Positions 36,101-48,446 are shown, numbered from the stretch's first letter. The stretch: 64,000 nucleotides of DNA from Narcine bancroftii (GCF_036971445.1 NC_091475.1:20646001-20710000); one strand, 5' to 3'. A program made the numbers and translations. Notes: generated by a model from the letters alone, not told the origin.

Positions 36101-38780
36101 CAACTGCCTTTGTCCATCAACTGCCTTTGTCCATCAACTGCCTTTGTCCATCAACTGCCTTTGTCCATCACCCATCACTGGTCACACCAATCCTGCATTG
36201 GACCCTATGCAACCCATCCTACCCTGTCCTCATCTCCCCTTTACACTGTCAGTCTTGATGATAGCCCAAAACCTTGACTGTTTCATTTTTTCCCACTGAT
36301 GCTGCTCGACCCATTGAGTTCCTCCAGCGGATGTGCCGTTGCTCCAGATTCCAGTGCCTGCAGTCTTTTGTGTGTCTCTGGTATATCAATGCTCCCTGAT
36401 TACAGGGAAAAGAGCTTGTGAGGGGGTCTGGTGAAGCCAAGGAACAGTCATTTGATTCAAGGCCAAAACCATTTGCAGGATTACTTGGATAGAGAAGAGA
36501 GGCTGTAGGTGATGGAAAACTGGAGCCAAATACAAATTGCAGGAGGACTCAGGCAGCGTCCATGGAAGGATATACAGGAGATGGTTAACATTTCAGGTCA
36601 TAATTCTTCATTAGGAATAGCAAGAAAAGGGGTGAAAGGGTAGGTGGGGGGGAGAGGGAGGGAGGAGGCGGAGCACAGATTAGTAGGTTATTGGTAAATA
36701 TAGGTGGGAGAAGAAAGAAATGGGGAAAAAAGGTCAAGCAGTAGGACAGTGGTTTTCAATCTTTGTTTGTCTAAGGTCCATCTGTATTGTCCACTGGTGC
36801 AACATTTTCAAGTCAAAGGCAGCTCCATAAGAAGCACATCTTTATCCAATTTAAAGTATTTATTGAAATCTTTTAAAGGAACAAACAAAAAAATGGAAGC
36901 ACACCCTGAACATAAAAACCCCCAATCAAAATCAAAGCTCAAGCCACTTTAATGAGACCCCTGTTCCTGAAGTTTCCATATCCTTGGCTCTGACTCGTTC
37001 CAAAAGTCTATAAAGGGTTAGGTCTAAAAAAATGAGTAATTTCCAGAGGAAATGATTATCCAAATTGTGATAAGCACAAAATGAAACACTAAATTTATTG
37101 CAATTTATGAACTTCCAAATAACTACCATACTTAAACCACAGTCAGTTAGTTTATGTTTAATTTATTTCTATACTGTTGGGATGTTTCCATGATCATTAT
37201 TTGGTTGCATAGATAAGTAAACTTGTAACATATCCTACAGTCACGCAATCCCATCCAGCGTGAATCTTCAATGAAAATTTTTGCAAAAATAATTTCTATC
37301 TAATTTTAGAGGAGAAATATATCATGTGATTTACCTTATAAACAGGAGCCTTGACTGGTGAAGAACAGCAAGCAGTAAGAAGACAGAAAGCACGCTTTTC
37401 TAAATCAGTCTGAATCTGTTGTGTGTGGAGGTCTGAGAGTGTGCTGAGCTCCAAGCTGCTCATATTGAGAGATGGCCGGATGACCTCTCTACCCTCAGTG
37501 GCAGATTGTTCGCCATCCCACCCCAAGGTCACCAGGAGGAGCGAGACATTACCTCAGAACCACCCTGACCTCAGAGGGTTGGGAAGTCTCTGTGGCTCAC
37601 ATGGAACTCTGGCCCAGTGGTTGGGAATAGCTAGGCTAGGAGGTGGTAGGAGGAACGGGGAGAGGGCTGAAGAAAATGCACTCTGATAGGAGGAAGGAAA
37701 GGAAGGGGGTGGGAAGCCAGAAGAAGAAAGGTGTGAGTGACAGGCAGGTAGAGTGGGTGGGCAGGGGAAGAGAAAGAGGATTGAAGCAAGAGAGATTAGG
37801 GAAAGCAAAGGGAAGGGTGTGAATGAGAAAACAAGAGAGGGAGGTCATTAGAACTGTTGTCGATCTACTCCCTTCCATGGATTCTACCTGACCACTGAGT
37901 TCCTCTGCTATACTGTGTGCATTTGCAGCAGGATTACACACAAGTAATTGCTCCTGTGTTGAATAACTCTGGAAAATGTTTTTTCAAAATGTTTGATTCC
38001 TGAAAAAAAAGATTATAATATTTGACTCCACGCTGAACACAAAGTTAATTTCAGATTTGCTGTATCATGTAGGAAGTTGGAGAAACATTAAATTAACTTT
38101 TTTTAATTTTGCATGTTTCATCGCATAATGTTGCTGAATTAGTTCAACTGGTTGCAGCTGATTTTCATTTGTACTCGGCATCTGATGCTCTCTTGTTGGT
38201 GTCCAACAATAGTTGGCCAGCATTGATAGATTCCAGTTGCCCTGACACCGCTTTTCCACGGTGGCAATGTCCTGGTGAAATCTTTCACCAAGCTCGTCAT
38301 TGATGGCACCAAGATCAGTAGGGAAGAAGTCCAAGTGCATATGCAGAAAATGAACTTTTCAATGACATGTTGCATTCCATGATTTTGTATGCTTGAAGTA
38401 GACTTAAAATATAACAGGAAATCACAAAAAGAGGTTAAATCTAAAAAAAAAAGGTACATGATAGGAAAATGTTGAGGTGATTTTTTTTGTTATTAACAGC
38501 CCAAAATCCATAAAATACACCCAAAATTGTTCAGGAAGCAAAATCTTTGTTGTCCAGTGAATTGGAGTTTATCTTCATTAAAGGATGATAGGAATTTTGA
38601 GACCGTGTCAAGGAGTATGGGGAAAGCTAACTTCAATATCTATCAATAGTTAAGCTACTTGAAATCTTGTGAAATTTTACACCTCTTCTTACGTGTCAGA
38701 TACTTTTGCTTTACAGGAGCTCCTGGGTGGAGAACTGCAAAGGTAAATGGATTAGCTATTTCAGCTACTTTTGCTTCTGA
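29994..38780 (+). CDS. Lysozyme C-like gene B (Asp52 replaced by Met); join(29994..30123,31220..31393,33557..33632,38717..38780), 147 aa precursor
   Basis: Hand-spliced translation: MKTLVLLSILIAVSSA/KIVGRCELVDIIKHSKLTKFSQYTVDDWVCLAYHESKYNTMEVGRDRRDGKLWASMYGIFQISSKWWCDDNRTPDARNGCGMKCTDFLGDYLEPDIECAAKIVSKEGMEAWSSWVENCKGKWISYFSYFCF*. The frame is open across 4 exons with GT-AG introns, 8 Cys and a 16-aa signal peptide. Confidence 0.94.
30295..31005 (-). mobile_element. Two V-SINE-like copies in gene B intron 1 (about 30295-30495 and 30785-31005)
   Basis: Reverse-complement SINE core ggaggaaacccatgcagacacagggaagaatgtaca / gaggaaacctacacagacacagggagaatgtacaaactcc. Confidence 0.75.
31220..31393 (+). 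CDS. Gene B exon 2 (174 nt)
   Basis: Acceptor ttctag|; WVCLAYHES...ASMYGIFQISSKWWC...NGCGMKCT; donor G|gtaggt. Confidence 0.95.
32255..32990 (-). mobile_element. Rex1/Babar-like LINE 3' fragment in gene B intron 2
   Basis: Tail agatttcagatttattgtc; reverse strand matches the 24866-25244 type ORF (ttctacaggtgtgtggtggaaagt). Related UTR pieces lie at 14745-14995 and 16035-16430. Confidence 0.7.
33557..33632 (+). CDS. Gene B exon 3 (76 nt)
   Basis: Acceptor tcttttctcactgcag|; DFLGDYLEPDIECAAKIVSKEGMEAW; donor TG|gtgtgt. Confidence 0.92.
33988..34790 (-). mobile_element. Penelope-like retroelement 3' part (GIY-YIG endonuclease + terminal repeat with hammerhead-like motif)
   Basis: FQVKQCFTCESAGVIYCIWC, RLGHCFVDH, VATH...DMSVHGLMHC motifs; terminal ccttgaagaagagctcaggcccgaaacgtcgg on the - strand. 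Confidence 0.85.
34052..34092 (-). ncRNA. Minimal type-I hammerhead ribozyme-like motif (Penelope-associated)
   Basis: - strand UAUUCC-UUGAAGA-A-GAGC(UCAG)GCCC-GAAA-CGUC-GGCAAUA. It has the YUGANGA and GAAA core boxes, a stem II with one mismatch, a palindromic ACGU stem III, and a bulged stem I. Confidence 0.55.
35765..36170. repeat. 17-bp minisatellite (T[C/G]CCTTTGTCCATCAAC), about 24 units
   Basis: 18 perfect TCCC-type units (35765-36070), then 5 full and 1 partial TGCC-type units; embedded in a Penelope-derived foldback (about 35630-36375) in gene B intron 3. Confidence 0.97.
37967..38559 (-). mobile_element. Internally deleted Chapaev3/CMC-like DNA transposon
   Basis: Transposase C-terminal motif HLDFFPTDLGAINDELGERFHQDI...MLANYCW; terminus CACTGGACAACAAA (reverse complement at 38546-38559). 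A related fragment lies at about 56865-57140. Confidence 0.7.
38717..38780 (+). CDS. Gene B exon 4 coding part
   Basis: Acceptor ttttgctttacag|; (W)SSWVENCKGKWISYFSYFCF then TGA; homologous to gene C exon 4. Confidence 0.92.
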
Positions 38781-38898
38781 AGCTGAAGAGGAAGATGTTG
38801 AACAATGCTGCTTGCTTTTGGACTAATCGTTGAACACAATCCTTCCAATATTTGACCTTGCTTTGTTGAACAACTTGTTCTCTGTCAAAACTCTCTGA

Positions 38899-38904
38899 AA
38901 TAAA
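38899..38904 (+). terminator. Probable gene B polyadenylation signal
   Basis: First AATAAA, about 120 nt after the stop codon. Confidence 0.6.
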
Positions 38905-39004
38905 CTCATACATATCAAACGATCATTTCTGAGGTGAAGAATTAAATAATGACAAAATGTTGGGAATTAGAAGCATTTAGATATGAACTTAGGAACTTAG
39001 ATGT

Positions 39005-39500
39005 GGGGCGGCATGCTTAGCGCACAGTTGCAGTGCCAGTGGACTGGGTTGAATATGGCGCTATCTGTAAGGAGTTTGTACATTCTCCCCGTGTCTGTGT
39101 TGGTTTTCTCCAGGTGCTCCAGTTTCCTCCCACCCTTCAAAAACACACCAGGGTTTGTACGTTAATTGGGTGTTAATGGGCAGCATGGGCTTGTGGGCAG
39201 AAAGAGATGACAAAAAAATGGTTTCAACTAATTGTGAGCTAAATCCAGTGGCATAGTTCTGTAAAGCCTCAGCTTGATACATTAATTGCCTTTTACTTCT
39301 TGAGGTTGCTGCGCCATCTGCTGGATTATAAATTTTATTTACAGCACAGTCAAAGCTGATTCTGGCCATTTAAACCTGTGCCGCCCAATTACATCAAACT
39401 GACCTGCAACACCATGCATTTTTTGGAGGGTGGAATCAAACCAGAGCACCTGAAAGAAACTCACACAGACACGGGGGAAACGTACAAACTCCGGGGTATT
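39005..39500. mobile_element. Inverted pair of V-SINE-like copies just downstream of gene B
   Basis: + copy at about 39005-39200 and - copy at about 39340-39500, both with the shared SINE core. Confidence 0.7.
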
Positions 39501-40994
39501 GCACAAGACCCCAGCATCTGTAGATTTTCTCGTTTAACATCAGAGGTGCAATCCTGTCAGTGTGGTGTTTTGAAAATTCTGACTGTGTTGGTGTGGCTTT
39601 TCCTGACATTTCACAACTCCATGACACAGTAGAAATGACCCTAAGTAACATGAATCAGAAATTTCCACCAGCCCAATTTGTCCATTCCAAACAATGCATT
39701 CTCCTACTTTAATCCCACTTGCCCACATTAGTCCAATATCATCCAGTTCCCTTCCAGCCTTGAGGACATCAACAATTTCTCTACGTAGATGTTCCTCTAG
39801 TTCCCCTTCCATCAAGGTGACAACTCCTTTTCAGTTCCTGATTTCCACCCACCCTGACTCACACAATATTCTCCAGCAATATCTTCTCTACAGATCACTG
39901 TGATATCTTATCTGACTAATATTACAAGCCCTACCCCACCTCTCTCCTCACACAATTTCTGATCACACCTGTAACTACACTGGCAGCCTTGGCCCTTCTG
40001 AAATCACATCTCCATTACAGATACAAAATCCCACTGTTCTGTACTTATCCACACCCTAAGCTCATCCAATTGCCCCATCTCAGGTTTTTTTTGCATTAAA
40101 GTAAACCCAAATATTACCTGTCTCACGTCAACACTTGTTATTCACTATCCTGTTCTGGTTCAACACACTTCCTTTGCCTTCCTTGGTGTCCCGAACCGTC
40201 CCTCTCCCTAGATTCCTACACCCTGCCTGACAAGTTTGAAGCCTTCTGGATATATCGAGCAAATCTCCCCACTAGAATATTAGTTCCCTCTGGTTCAGGT
40301 GATAGCCCCAACACTGCTCTACGTTTGGTCACTACTGTAGACATTGCATGGAAGGGTCACAGGTAAGGTGCATACTGCACTGAAGCTGAGCCGTGGTATT
40401 GTTTTAGCTCATATTGCTATAGATCAATGCTGGCAGAGGAGCTGCAGCTCTCAACTAATCAGGGGTCCGAGAGTGAGCGTATATCACTGTGGGTACAGTG
40501 ATACCAGATCCACCTCTTATTCAGGGGTCCGGGAGGGTGTGTATAACCTCTACAGTTAGTGTGTGAATGACTGCATCACCTGCGTGAATTAATAATGGTG
40601 CACTGTTTAACGTTCTCCCCCATTTGCTTCCGATACGATTTTTTCCCATGCTCCCTTATAAATTGTGTACATATGTTCCCACGCTCTCTTATATTAATTG
40701 TTGAGTTAATAAAGTTACATTTGATTGCAAACCCTTGTGTCCAGACTCATCTCTCTTTGAAACCTTGGAGCCTGACATTTTCTCAACAAAACACCTGGGC
40801 ACCCAGCACTCGGGACAAAATGCCTTCATAAGTCACAGAATCTCTTATTAATTCCTATGACTATCAACTCTCCTATCGCTATCTCTCTCCTTTTCAGCCC
40901 TTCCCTTCTGAACAGCTGGTTCAAGAGACCTGGCTTCTGTGACTTTCTCATGGTAGGGCATTCCCCCACCACACAGTTTATTTACAGTGCGGTA

Positions 40995-41152
40995 CACCCA
41001 ACCCCAACCAACCAATTTTCCCCTGCAACCGCTGCAACCGTGTCTGCCTGTCCCGCATCGGACTTTTCAGCCACAAACAAGCCTGCAGCTGACGTGGACT
41101 TTTTAGCCCCTCCATAAATCTTCGTCCGCAAAGCCAAGCCAAAGAAGAAGAA
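40995..41152 (+). mobile_element. RTE LINE extreme 3' fragment
   Basis: Nearly identical to 24445-24597; tail aaagaagaagaag. Confidence 0.85.
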
Positions 41153-41716
41153 GCTGATTTCGGAGCGGTCTACTTGTTACCGATGGAGCTATCCACATGA
41201 GTTTGCTGCCCACCCAAACTCACCTATTTCCCCTCTGGTGATTACCCCCACCACCTCCCCCCCCCATACACACACACACTCCTTGTCTGCATCTTCCATG
41301 AGACCTCCCTCACTAAAGCTCCTGTCTAGGATGTCCTCAGGATCCCAAATGATGTGCTGTATGTCCAGCTACAACTCCACCTCCTTAATCTGTGCAGTCA
41401 GGAGTTGTTGCTGCACTCACCTTCCCACAGGTGTGGTCATCAAGGGTGATGGACAATTCCTTGACCCCACATCATGTGGGAGGAGCTTTGGGTTACCCAA
41501 ACTGGGCTCTCATCTGCACTAAGCACTGGAAAGAAAGCCATGGGCAAGCCTTTCCCTGACAATGCCTCTGGCTGGCAAATCTGCTGCTTGCCAAAACCTC
41601 TCGAACCAAAGGCTTAATATCAAGTTCAGTTTATTATCATGTACAACCAGTGAAGCAGCATTTCTCCAAATGACGGTGCACACACATACACTCACAGGTA
41701 ATAATCACACACATTA

Positions 41717-42327
41717 AAATCCCCTTTATCCAGAATTCAAGCAACCTGCCAAACAATAGAAGAAAATAAAAAGGTAAAAAGTATGAAAGCTTAAAATTAA
41801 CAACCCCTCGTAAGCAACTGGCAAATAAACTTATTTGGCATTTACCAATCCCTATAGGTGCCTGATACCAGATCTTTTACTGTATAGACATAAAGATATT
41901 GTCTATAAAATGACTGGAGATCTTGAGTATCGTTTCACTGTCTTTATTTCACATGATACATCGTGGAGAGCAGGTGGCAGTCTCCACTGCTTACCAACTC
42001 TGAAATATACTTCTACAAGCATGTGTATTTATACAGAGAGACAAACAATCTGTTGCAGAAAATAGGATTACATCATAGGATAAATCTGTGAGAACTACAT
42101 CGACCTTTATTTTTTGCTTTTAAAATCTTTGTTTTCTCTAACTTGAAAAAGAATGTTAACCATTGTTAGGGTACTTGATTACAGTTAAGGCTGCAATTTA
42201 ACTTCTAAATAATATCTCGCTGAGCAGATGCTGCATTAAAATAGGCTGTCTCCCAATTATGTTAATGGCAGTGTCAATTCTTTCTTCCTTAAATTTCTCC
42301 CACAGATATAATTTAAAATAAATATAT
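41717..42327. mobile_element. Probable non-autonomous DNA transposon hosting the Gypsy insertion
   Basis: Starts aaaatcccctttatccagaattcaagcaacc with internal repeats of aagcaac; AT-rich sequence appears to continue after 46424. Confidence 0.4.
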
Positions 42328-45300
42328 TGTGGCGGATTGCCCACACAACAGGCAAACCGGCTCACGGATTTGTGGGCAAGGCCACGGCAGATCTGACTGT
42401 GAGAGCTCTGGGTGCTGGGCTGACGTTATGAAGGTCCTGCGAGTTGAAAATGTCATCGGGTTCTATTAAGGTCAGTTGGTTCAACTCACTTTTGACTCTG
42501 CGTGGCTCTTTCGCTCGTTGCGTGCCTAGTGGGACTACATTTGTGACCCCGATGGTCCAAACGGCATTTGGGTCCAATGATAACCGACCCGAGCATGCAG
42601 TGTTCAGTTTCACTGAAACTGCCAACTTTCTGGACCTCGCAGCCACAGGTCTGGTTTGAACAGGCCAAAACCCAATTCCAGGTAAGGCAAATCATCTCGG
42701 ACACCACAAAGTACTACTATATAGTTGGTTCACTCAACCAGGAAACAGCAGGCCGCATCAGACTTCCTACACCAGCCACCAGTTGTGGACAGGTATGAAA
42801 CAATCAAGGTGCTCCTGATTCATACTTCTGGCCTCTTCTGCCTTGCGCATGCAGCGTGTTTGCTCCACATTGCGTACCATCGGCCTTAATGAACAAGATG
42901 CTGGCACTAGCAGATGGCCATAAGCCATGTTTACTGTTCAAACAAGTCTTTCTCAAGCAGATGCCAGAAGATATCCGCCCCCTCATCGCTGACGACGATT
43001 TCAGTGACCACACAAAGTATCAGCCCTTGCAGATATCCTGTGGCACACCACCAAGTAGCATGACAGTGCCTCCATCACACCCTAAGGACCAGGCCTTCCC
43101 CACACCACCAATGAAGCTGATGATGCCTGTAGCAGAGTATGACCCCAGTTCAGACCATTGGTGTTTTTACCACCAAAAGTGGAGTTCAGGAGCCCACCTT
43201 TGCCACCCATCCTGTTCTTTTCTGGGAAATGCCAGGGTTAGCCATGACTAATGACTACACTGGCTGGCCATTATAATAGCCTCCTTTACTAATGGGACCG
43301 ACACTCCAGGCATAAGTTCCTTGTAAACATGGAGGCGGAGGTTAGCATCTTGATCCCTCGAGCCCCGGCACCTGCACTGGGAAATCAGGACCGATGCTCA
43401 CCGCTGCCAATAACAGCAGTATTCGCACATAAGGCACTTGAGCTATCCCACTAGAGTTTGGTTCCAGCCGTTTCACCTGGTCATTTACGCTGGCAGCAGT
43501 GCTGCAGCCTTTATTGGGTGCAGATTTCCTCTGGGTACTCTGCCTCCTAGTGGACCTCAAGGGACGGCACCTAGTGAATGCCAAGACCTTCCAGACCCTC
43601 TCATTCAGCGAAGCCAAGTTACCGCCCCCACATTGGACTCTGTGACTTGGTTAGGCTACAAATTTTTCAGTACTAGTGGAGTTCCCAACCATTATTATGC
43701 TGCAGTTCTCCACAGATGCCCCTAAGCATGATGTACAGCACCAAATTCACAATCAAGGGCCACTGCTACTCGCCCGGGGAAGCAGACTCCTGCCTGATAA
43801 ACTCCATCTCGCCAAGGAGGAGTTCAGGAAAATGGAGGAGATGGGGATTGTCTGGTGCTCAGATAGCCCATGGGCCTCTCTGCTGCACATGGTGCCCAAG
43901 TTGGCTGGAGGATGGAGGCCATGCAGTGACTACAGAAAGCCCAACTATGTCACCATGGCCTATTGCTACCTAGTGCCGCACTTCAGGATGTTACGGCCAA
44001 TTTGCATGGGCCAAGCATCTTCTCAAGGTCGACCTGGTACACGGGTATCATCAGATTCCCATCTACCCCAGCGATGTCCCCAAGACGGCCCTCATCACCC
44101 TGTTCAGCCTATTTAAGTTCCTATGGACGCTTTTCGGATTCAAGAACATAACACAGACATTCCAGAGGGACATGGACTTGGTGGAGCACGGCTTGGATTT
44201 TGTTATCATCTTCTTAGATGATATCCTGATCGCCAGCCGCGTGCACCAAGAGCATTTGATGCACATGCGCCAACTCTGCCACCACCTGAGTGAATATGGC
44301 CTGGCCATCAACCCCGCAAAGTGCCAGTTCGGGCTGCTGGCCATTGATTTCCTTGGGCAATGCATTGAATGGCATAGAGCAGTTATCTTGCTGGCAAAAG
44401 TCAAGGCCATATAGCAGTTTTCCAGGCCAAGTACTGTCAAGGGCCTACAAGAGTTCATGGGCATAATCAACTTTTACTACCAATTCCTACTGTCAGCAGC
44501 CTGAATCAAGCGACCCCTGATGACCAGCAAGGCTAAGGAGATTATCTGGGACAAGGAGTCATCAATGACTTTCGAGTAGGCCAAATGCCAAATGCCACCC
44601 TCCTGGTATATGGGGGTGGATGTGCCCACAGTCCTACAGTTGACACTTCCAACTCAGAGTTGGCGGCATGGTGGAGCAACTATTGAAGGTCAGTGGAAAC
44701 CACTCGTGTTCTTCAGCCAGCATCTGTGACCCCCGGAGCTGAAAAACAGTGCCTTCAACAGGGAGCTGCTAGCCCTATACCTCGTTATCCAGCACTTTTG
44801 GTATTTCTTGGAGAGGTGCGAGTTCATGGACTTCACGGACCACAAACCCTTCTCAGTTACGGGAGCAATACCACATGCCATACATCTCAGAGAGTACTAC
44901 CACCGTCAAACACATCTCTGGGAAAAACAACGTCATGGCTGACACACCATCTCACACCTTCGTCCACTCAGTGCATTCCCTGTCCATAGGGTTAGACTAT
45001 GCAGCGCTCGCCAAGGCACAACTTGAGGATATCCCTATCAACCCAACAGACAGTAAGCTCCTCTGTGACATGTCCACCATCCAATCCCAGCCCATCCTTC
45101 CAGCTGCTTGGAGACATTGTGTTTTCGACGCACTACATGGTTTGGTCCACCCATCCATTAGAGCAACCATCCAACTAGTGGCAGATAGATTTGCTTGGCA
45201 CGGCCTATGGAAGCGGGTTGGGCACTGGGCCAGAACAAGCATACACTGCCAAACTGCCAAAGGCAGATGAAGGCCCCCCTTCAACCCTTTCAGCCGATGC

Positions 45301-46424
45301 ACAGGAGGTTTGAGCATGTCCATGTGGACTTCATCAGTCCATTGCCAGTCTTCCAGAGAACAAGATACCTGTTCATCATGGTCAACAGTTTCACCAGGTG
45401 GCCAGATGTAGTACCGCTCACCGACATGTCCACTGAGTCCTGCGCCAGAGCTCTCAATGCAAGCTGGATTGCACATTTCGGAACTGCCTGCCAAAAGATC
45501 ACCTTAGACAGGGGGTGGTTGAGGGGGGGGGGGGGGGGGGTCACAAATCACATTCAGCCTATGGTTGGTGCTGACACAGCTACTTGGGACCCAGCTGCAC
45601 CACATTACGGCCTACCATCTGCAGTCCAACAGCCTGGTAGAGTATTTCCATCGGCTTCTGAAGTCGGCTCTGATGGCGCGCCTCTGATCCAAGATTGGGT
45701 GGACGAACTCCCATGGGTGCTTCTTGACATCCCCACGGCTCCCAAAGAAAACTTAGCCATGTCTTCAACAGAATTGGTATACAGCGCTCCACTGACAGTT
45801 CCAGGCGAGTTTGTGCCAGTGGTCCGTGGCACAGGGGAGGTATCTGCGGCAGTGCTCACAAGACTTTGAGAGAAGGTAGAACATTAGCTCCTGTCCCAAC
45901 CTCATTCCACGGCCCAACACCTTCTTTTCTCCCCAAGTACCTCTGGAACTGCGACTACATCTTCGTCTGCAGAGGCATGCAATGGACTCCACTTCAGTGG
46001 ACATATGAAGGCCTGTACAAGGAGGTGCATCAGAACGGAACCCCCTGTATCCTCGATGTGAGCAGCCATGAGGAGACCTTCACCATTGACAACCTCAAGC
46101 TGGCGCACCTAGACCTGGAACACCATGTGACTGTGCCACCCCCACTCCAACGAGGTCAGCCACCCCTAATGGACTAAAGAGGTGCTGGCCATGGACTCCA
46201 CACCTCCTAATGCTGGGGTGGCCCATGCAACAGGCGAACCGGCTATGGAGTCACGATCAAGTCCGCTGCAGATCTGACTGTGGATGCAAGCCCACAGCCT
46301 AGTGGCTGATGTCATAAATATCCCGGGAGTCGGAAACGTTATCGGGTTCCGTGGGATTTAAATGCATGCGAGAGTTCTATTAAAGACAGTTGATTCAACT
46401 CTCTTTTGACCTAGTATGACCACA
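42328..46424 (+). mobile_element. Full-length but decayed Ty3/Gypsy LTR retrotransposon
   Basis: 5' LTR TGT...ACA 42328-42539. PBS-like TTGTGACCCCGA at about 42541 (compare the tRNA-Trp PBS TGGTGACCCCGA). Gag KLPTFWTSQPQVWF and WCFYHQKW...C...C; RT SPWASLLHMVPK and FLDDILIAS; RNase H; then integrase FEHVHVDFISPLP (Gypsy domain order). 3' LTR about 46215-46424; ATAT(AT) target duplication. Many stops and frameshifts. Confidence 0.92.
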
Positions 46425-48446
46425 ATATATAAATATTTTGGAATGATTTACTCAGTTACAGAATGCAGTTCATCAATCTCACAGCCTGCGGGAAGAAGTT
46501 ATTTTCCAACCTGACAGCCCTGACTTTGATGATCCTGTACCTCCTTCATGATGGAGGCCTCGGACCCTAGAACATTACAGCACAGAAACAGGCCTCTTTG
46601 GCCCTTCTAGTCTGTGCCGAACCATTTTATCTAGCCTAGTCCCACTGACTTGCACCCAGTCCACACCCTCCATACCTCTCCCACTGATGTACCTGTCCAA
46701 ATTCCACTTAAATGTTAAAACTGAGCCTGCATTCACACTTCAACTGGAAGCTGACGCAACACCCCACCAATCTCTGTGTGGAGTTCCTCCTCGTCTCCCC
46801 CTAAATATATAGCAAAGATAAAAGAGCTCAAGCCCAAAACATTGGCTATGTATTTTTAACTTTGCTATATAAAATGCACTATTTGACCTGCTGAATTTCT
46901 CCGGCACCGTGCTTTTACGTCTTCACACAGGCAGAGAGAATGCTGACCGACCAAAGGAACTGTTCATACTAACCATCATGTTCATGAAACAACATTTGTT
47001 TATTTACTTATATGACTTCTAGTCTGCATTTTGCATTGTCTGTATGTCTGTCATGTTCAGTTATGCATCTGCAAGTTTTGCACCAAGAACCGGTGAACAT
47101 CGGGTTGACAATAAATCTTACTTTTAGGATGTGTATGATACCGAACTTCCTGAACTTTGGAAGAATCTCCAATACTTCGGACAATAATTGTACCTCAGGA
47201 CAATGAGCAACGACAACAAAAGCTGGAACAATGCAAGAGACAGAATCTCTCATGTTAGCAAAGGTTAGATTTATAAAGCAATATGCCATTGCCAGCACTT
47301 CTTGCTCACCCCATGTTCGCCCTTGAGAGGTAGTTACCTTGAACAGCTGTTGACCACATGATGAATGTGTTCCCAAAATGCTATTGGATAGAAAGTAATA
47401 AAGGAATGATTGGAGATAATCAGTCTTTTGTGAGTTAAAAAAAAGCATTGGAACGTCATTGAAGCAGGACCTTATCAATACAAGGAGGAAAGCATTCATT
47501 GCCCCATACCTGTGTTGATAATGCAGGTTGCCTGTACAGTCACCAAGTTGCAATCAATAACTGAAGCAAAGATATTTATTACTAAATTAACAAAATATCC
47601 TTGCTGTTTGTTTTTTTTTAATCAGGAATGTGCATTATCAATCACAGGAGATGTAGATAAGTCAGGACGTACAGAACATTAGACACGACTGGAGACTATA
47701 AAGTCCTTTAGAGAAACAAGACAAGGTTAGAACCATAGAACATTTCAGCACAGAAAACAAGCCCTTCAGCCCTTCTAGTCTGTGCCAAACAATTATTCTG
47801 CCTAATCCTTCTGACCTGCACCCAGTCCATAGCCCTCCATAGCCTTCCCATCATCTACCTGGCCAAATCTTTCTTAAATCTTTTAAATTGGCCCCACATT
47901 CACCACTTCAGCTAGCAGTTTAAGCAATAATGTAGGATTTCTAGTGACATGTTGAGCTTCTACATCTTATTGTTCACACAGGTCAGAGAATACTTATCCA
48001 CCCGTCAGAGCCATGGGAACCCCCACCCCCCACCTCCACCCCAACACCGTGCAACTTGGTTGGTTTATGCTTGGGGTAATGGAGCAGGATCACCCAACCC
48101 CCTGAATTGGATTCAATTTTCTTTTGGCACTTCAGATTTCCACCATCCGGAGTTTTTATTTGGATTTACTGTAGAAAATCCCAACACTTCTCTTCGAGGA
48201 ATACCAGCTCCTCTCATTGACAGGTGTAACAAAAATATGTTTGAATGTGTTCCTTCTTCTGTTCTCATTCAACAATAGGAGGTATAAGGACAACAGGAGA
48301 AACTATGCATATGTTAAGGATGAGGTAAAAAAACCTACTTGATTGTAATTATACAAAGGTTATATAAAACTATTCATCAAATGCTTCACGAGTACAGAAT
48401 CAAAATACTTATCAATGTTTTGGGCTTTGCTTCTCATCTTTCTCCC

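Noticed and set aside
35745-36299. Three overlapping 157-184 aa repetitive ORFs; superficial resemblance to a CRISPR array
   Set aside because: These are artefacts of a stop-free 17-bp tandem repeat. There are no unique spacers and no cas genes, and the context is a eukaryotic intron.
29994-38780. Gene B as a pseudogene because Asp52 is missing
   Set aside because: There are no stops or frameshifts, and the splice sites, 8 Cys, signal peptide, promoter motifs and poly(A) signal are all intact.
47008-47553. 181-aa minus-strand ORF
   Set aside because: It overlaps a Rex1 3' UTR and other degenerate sequence, with no domain motif.
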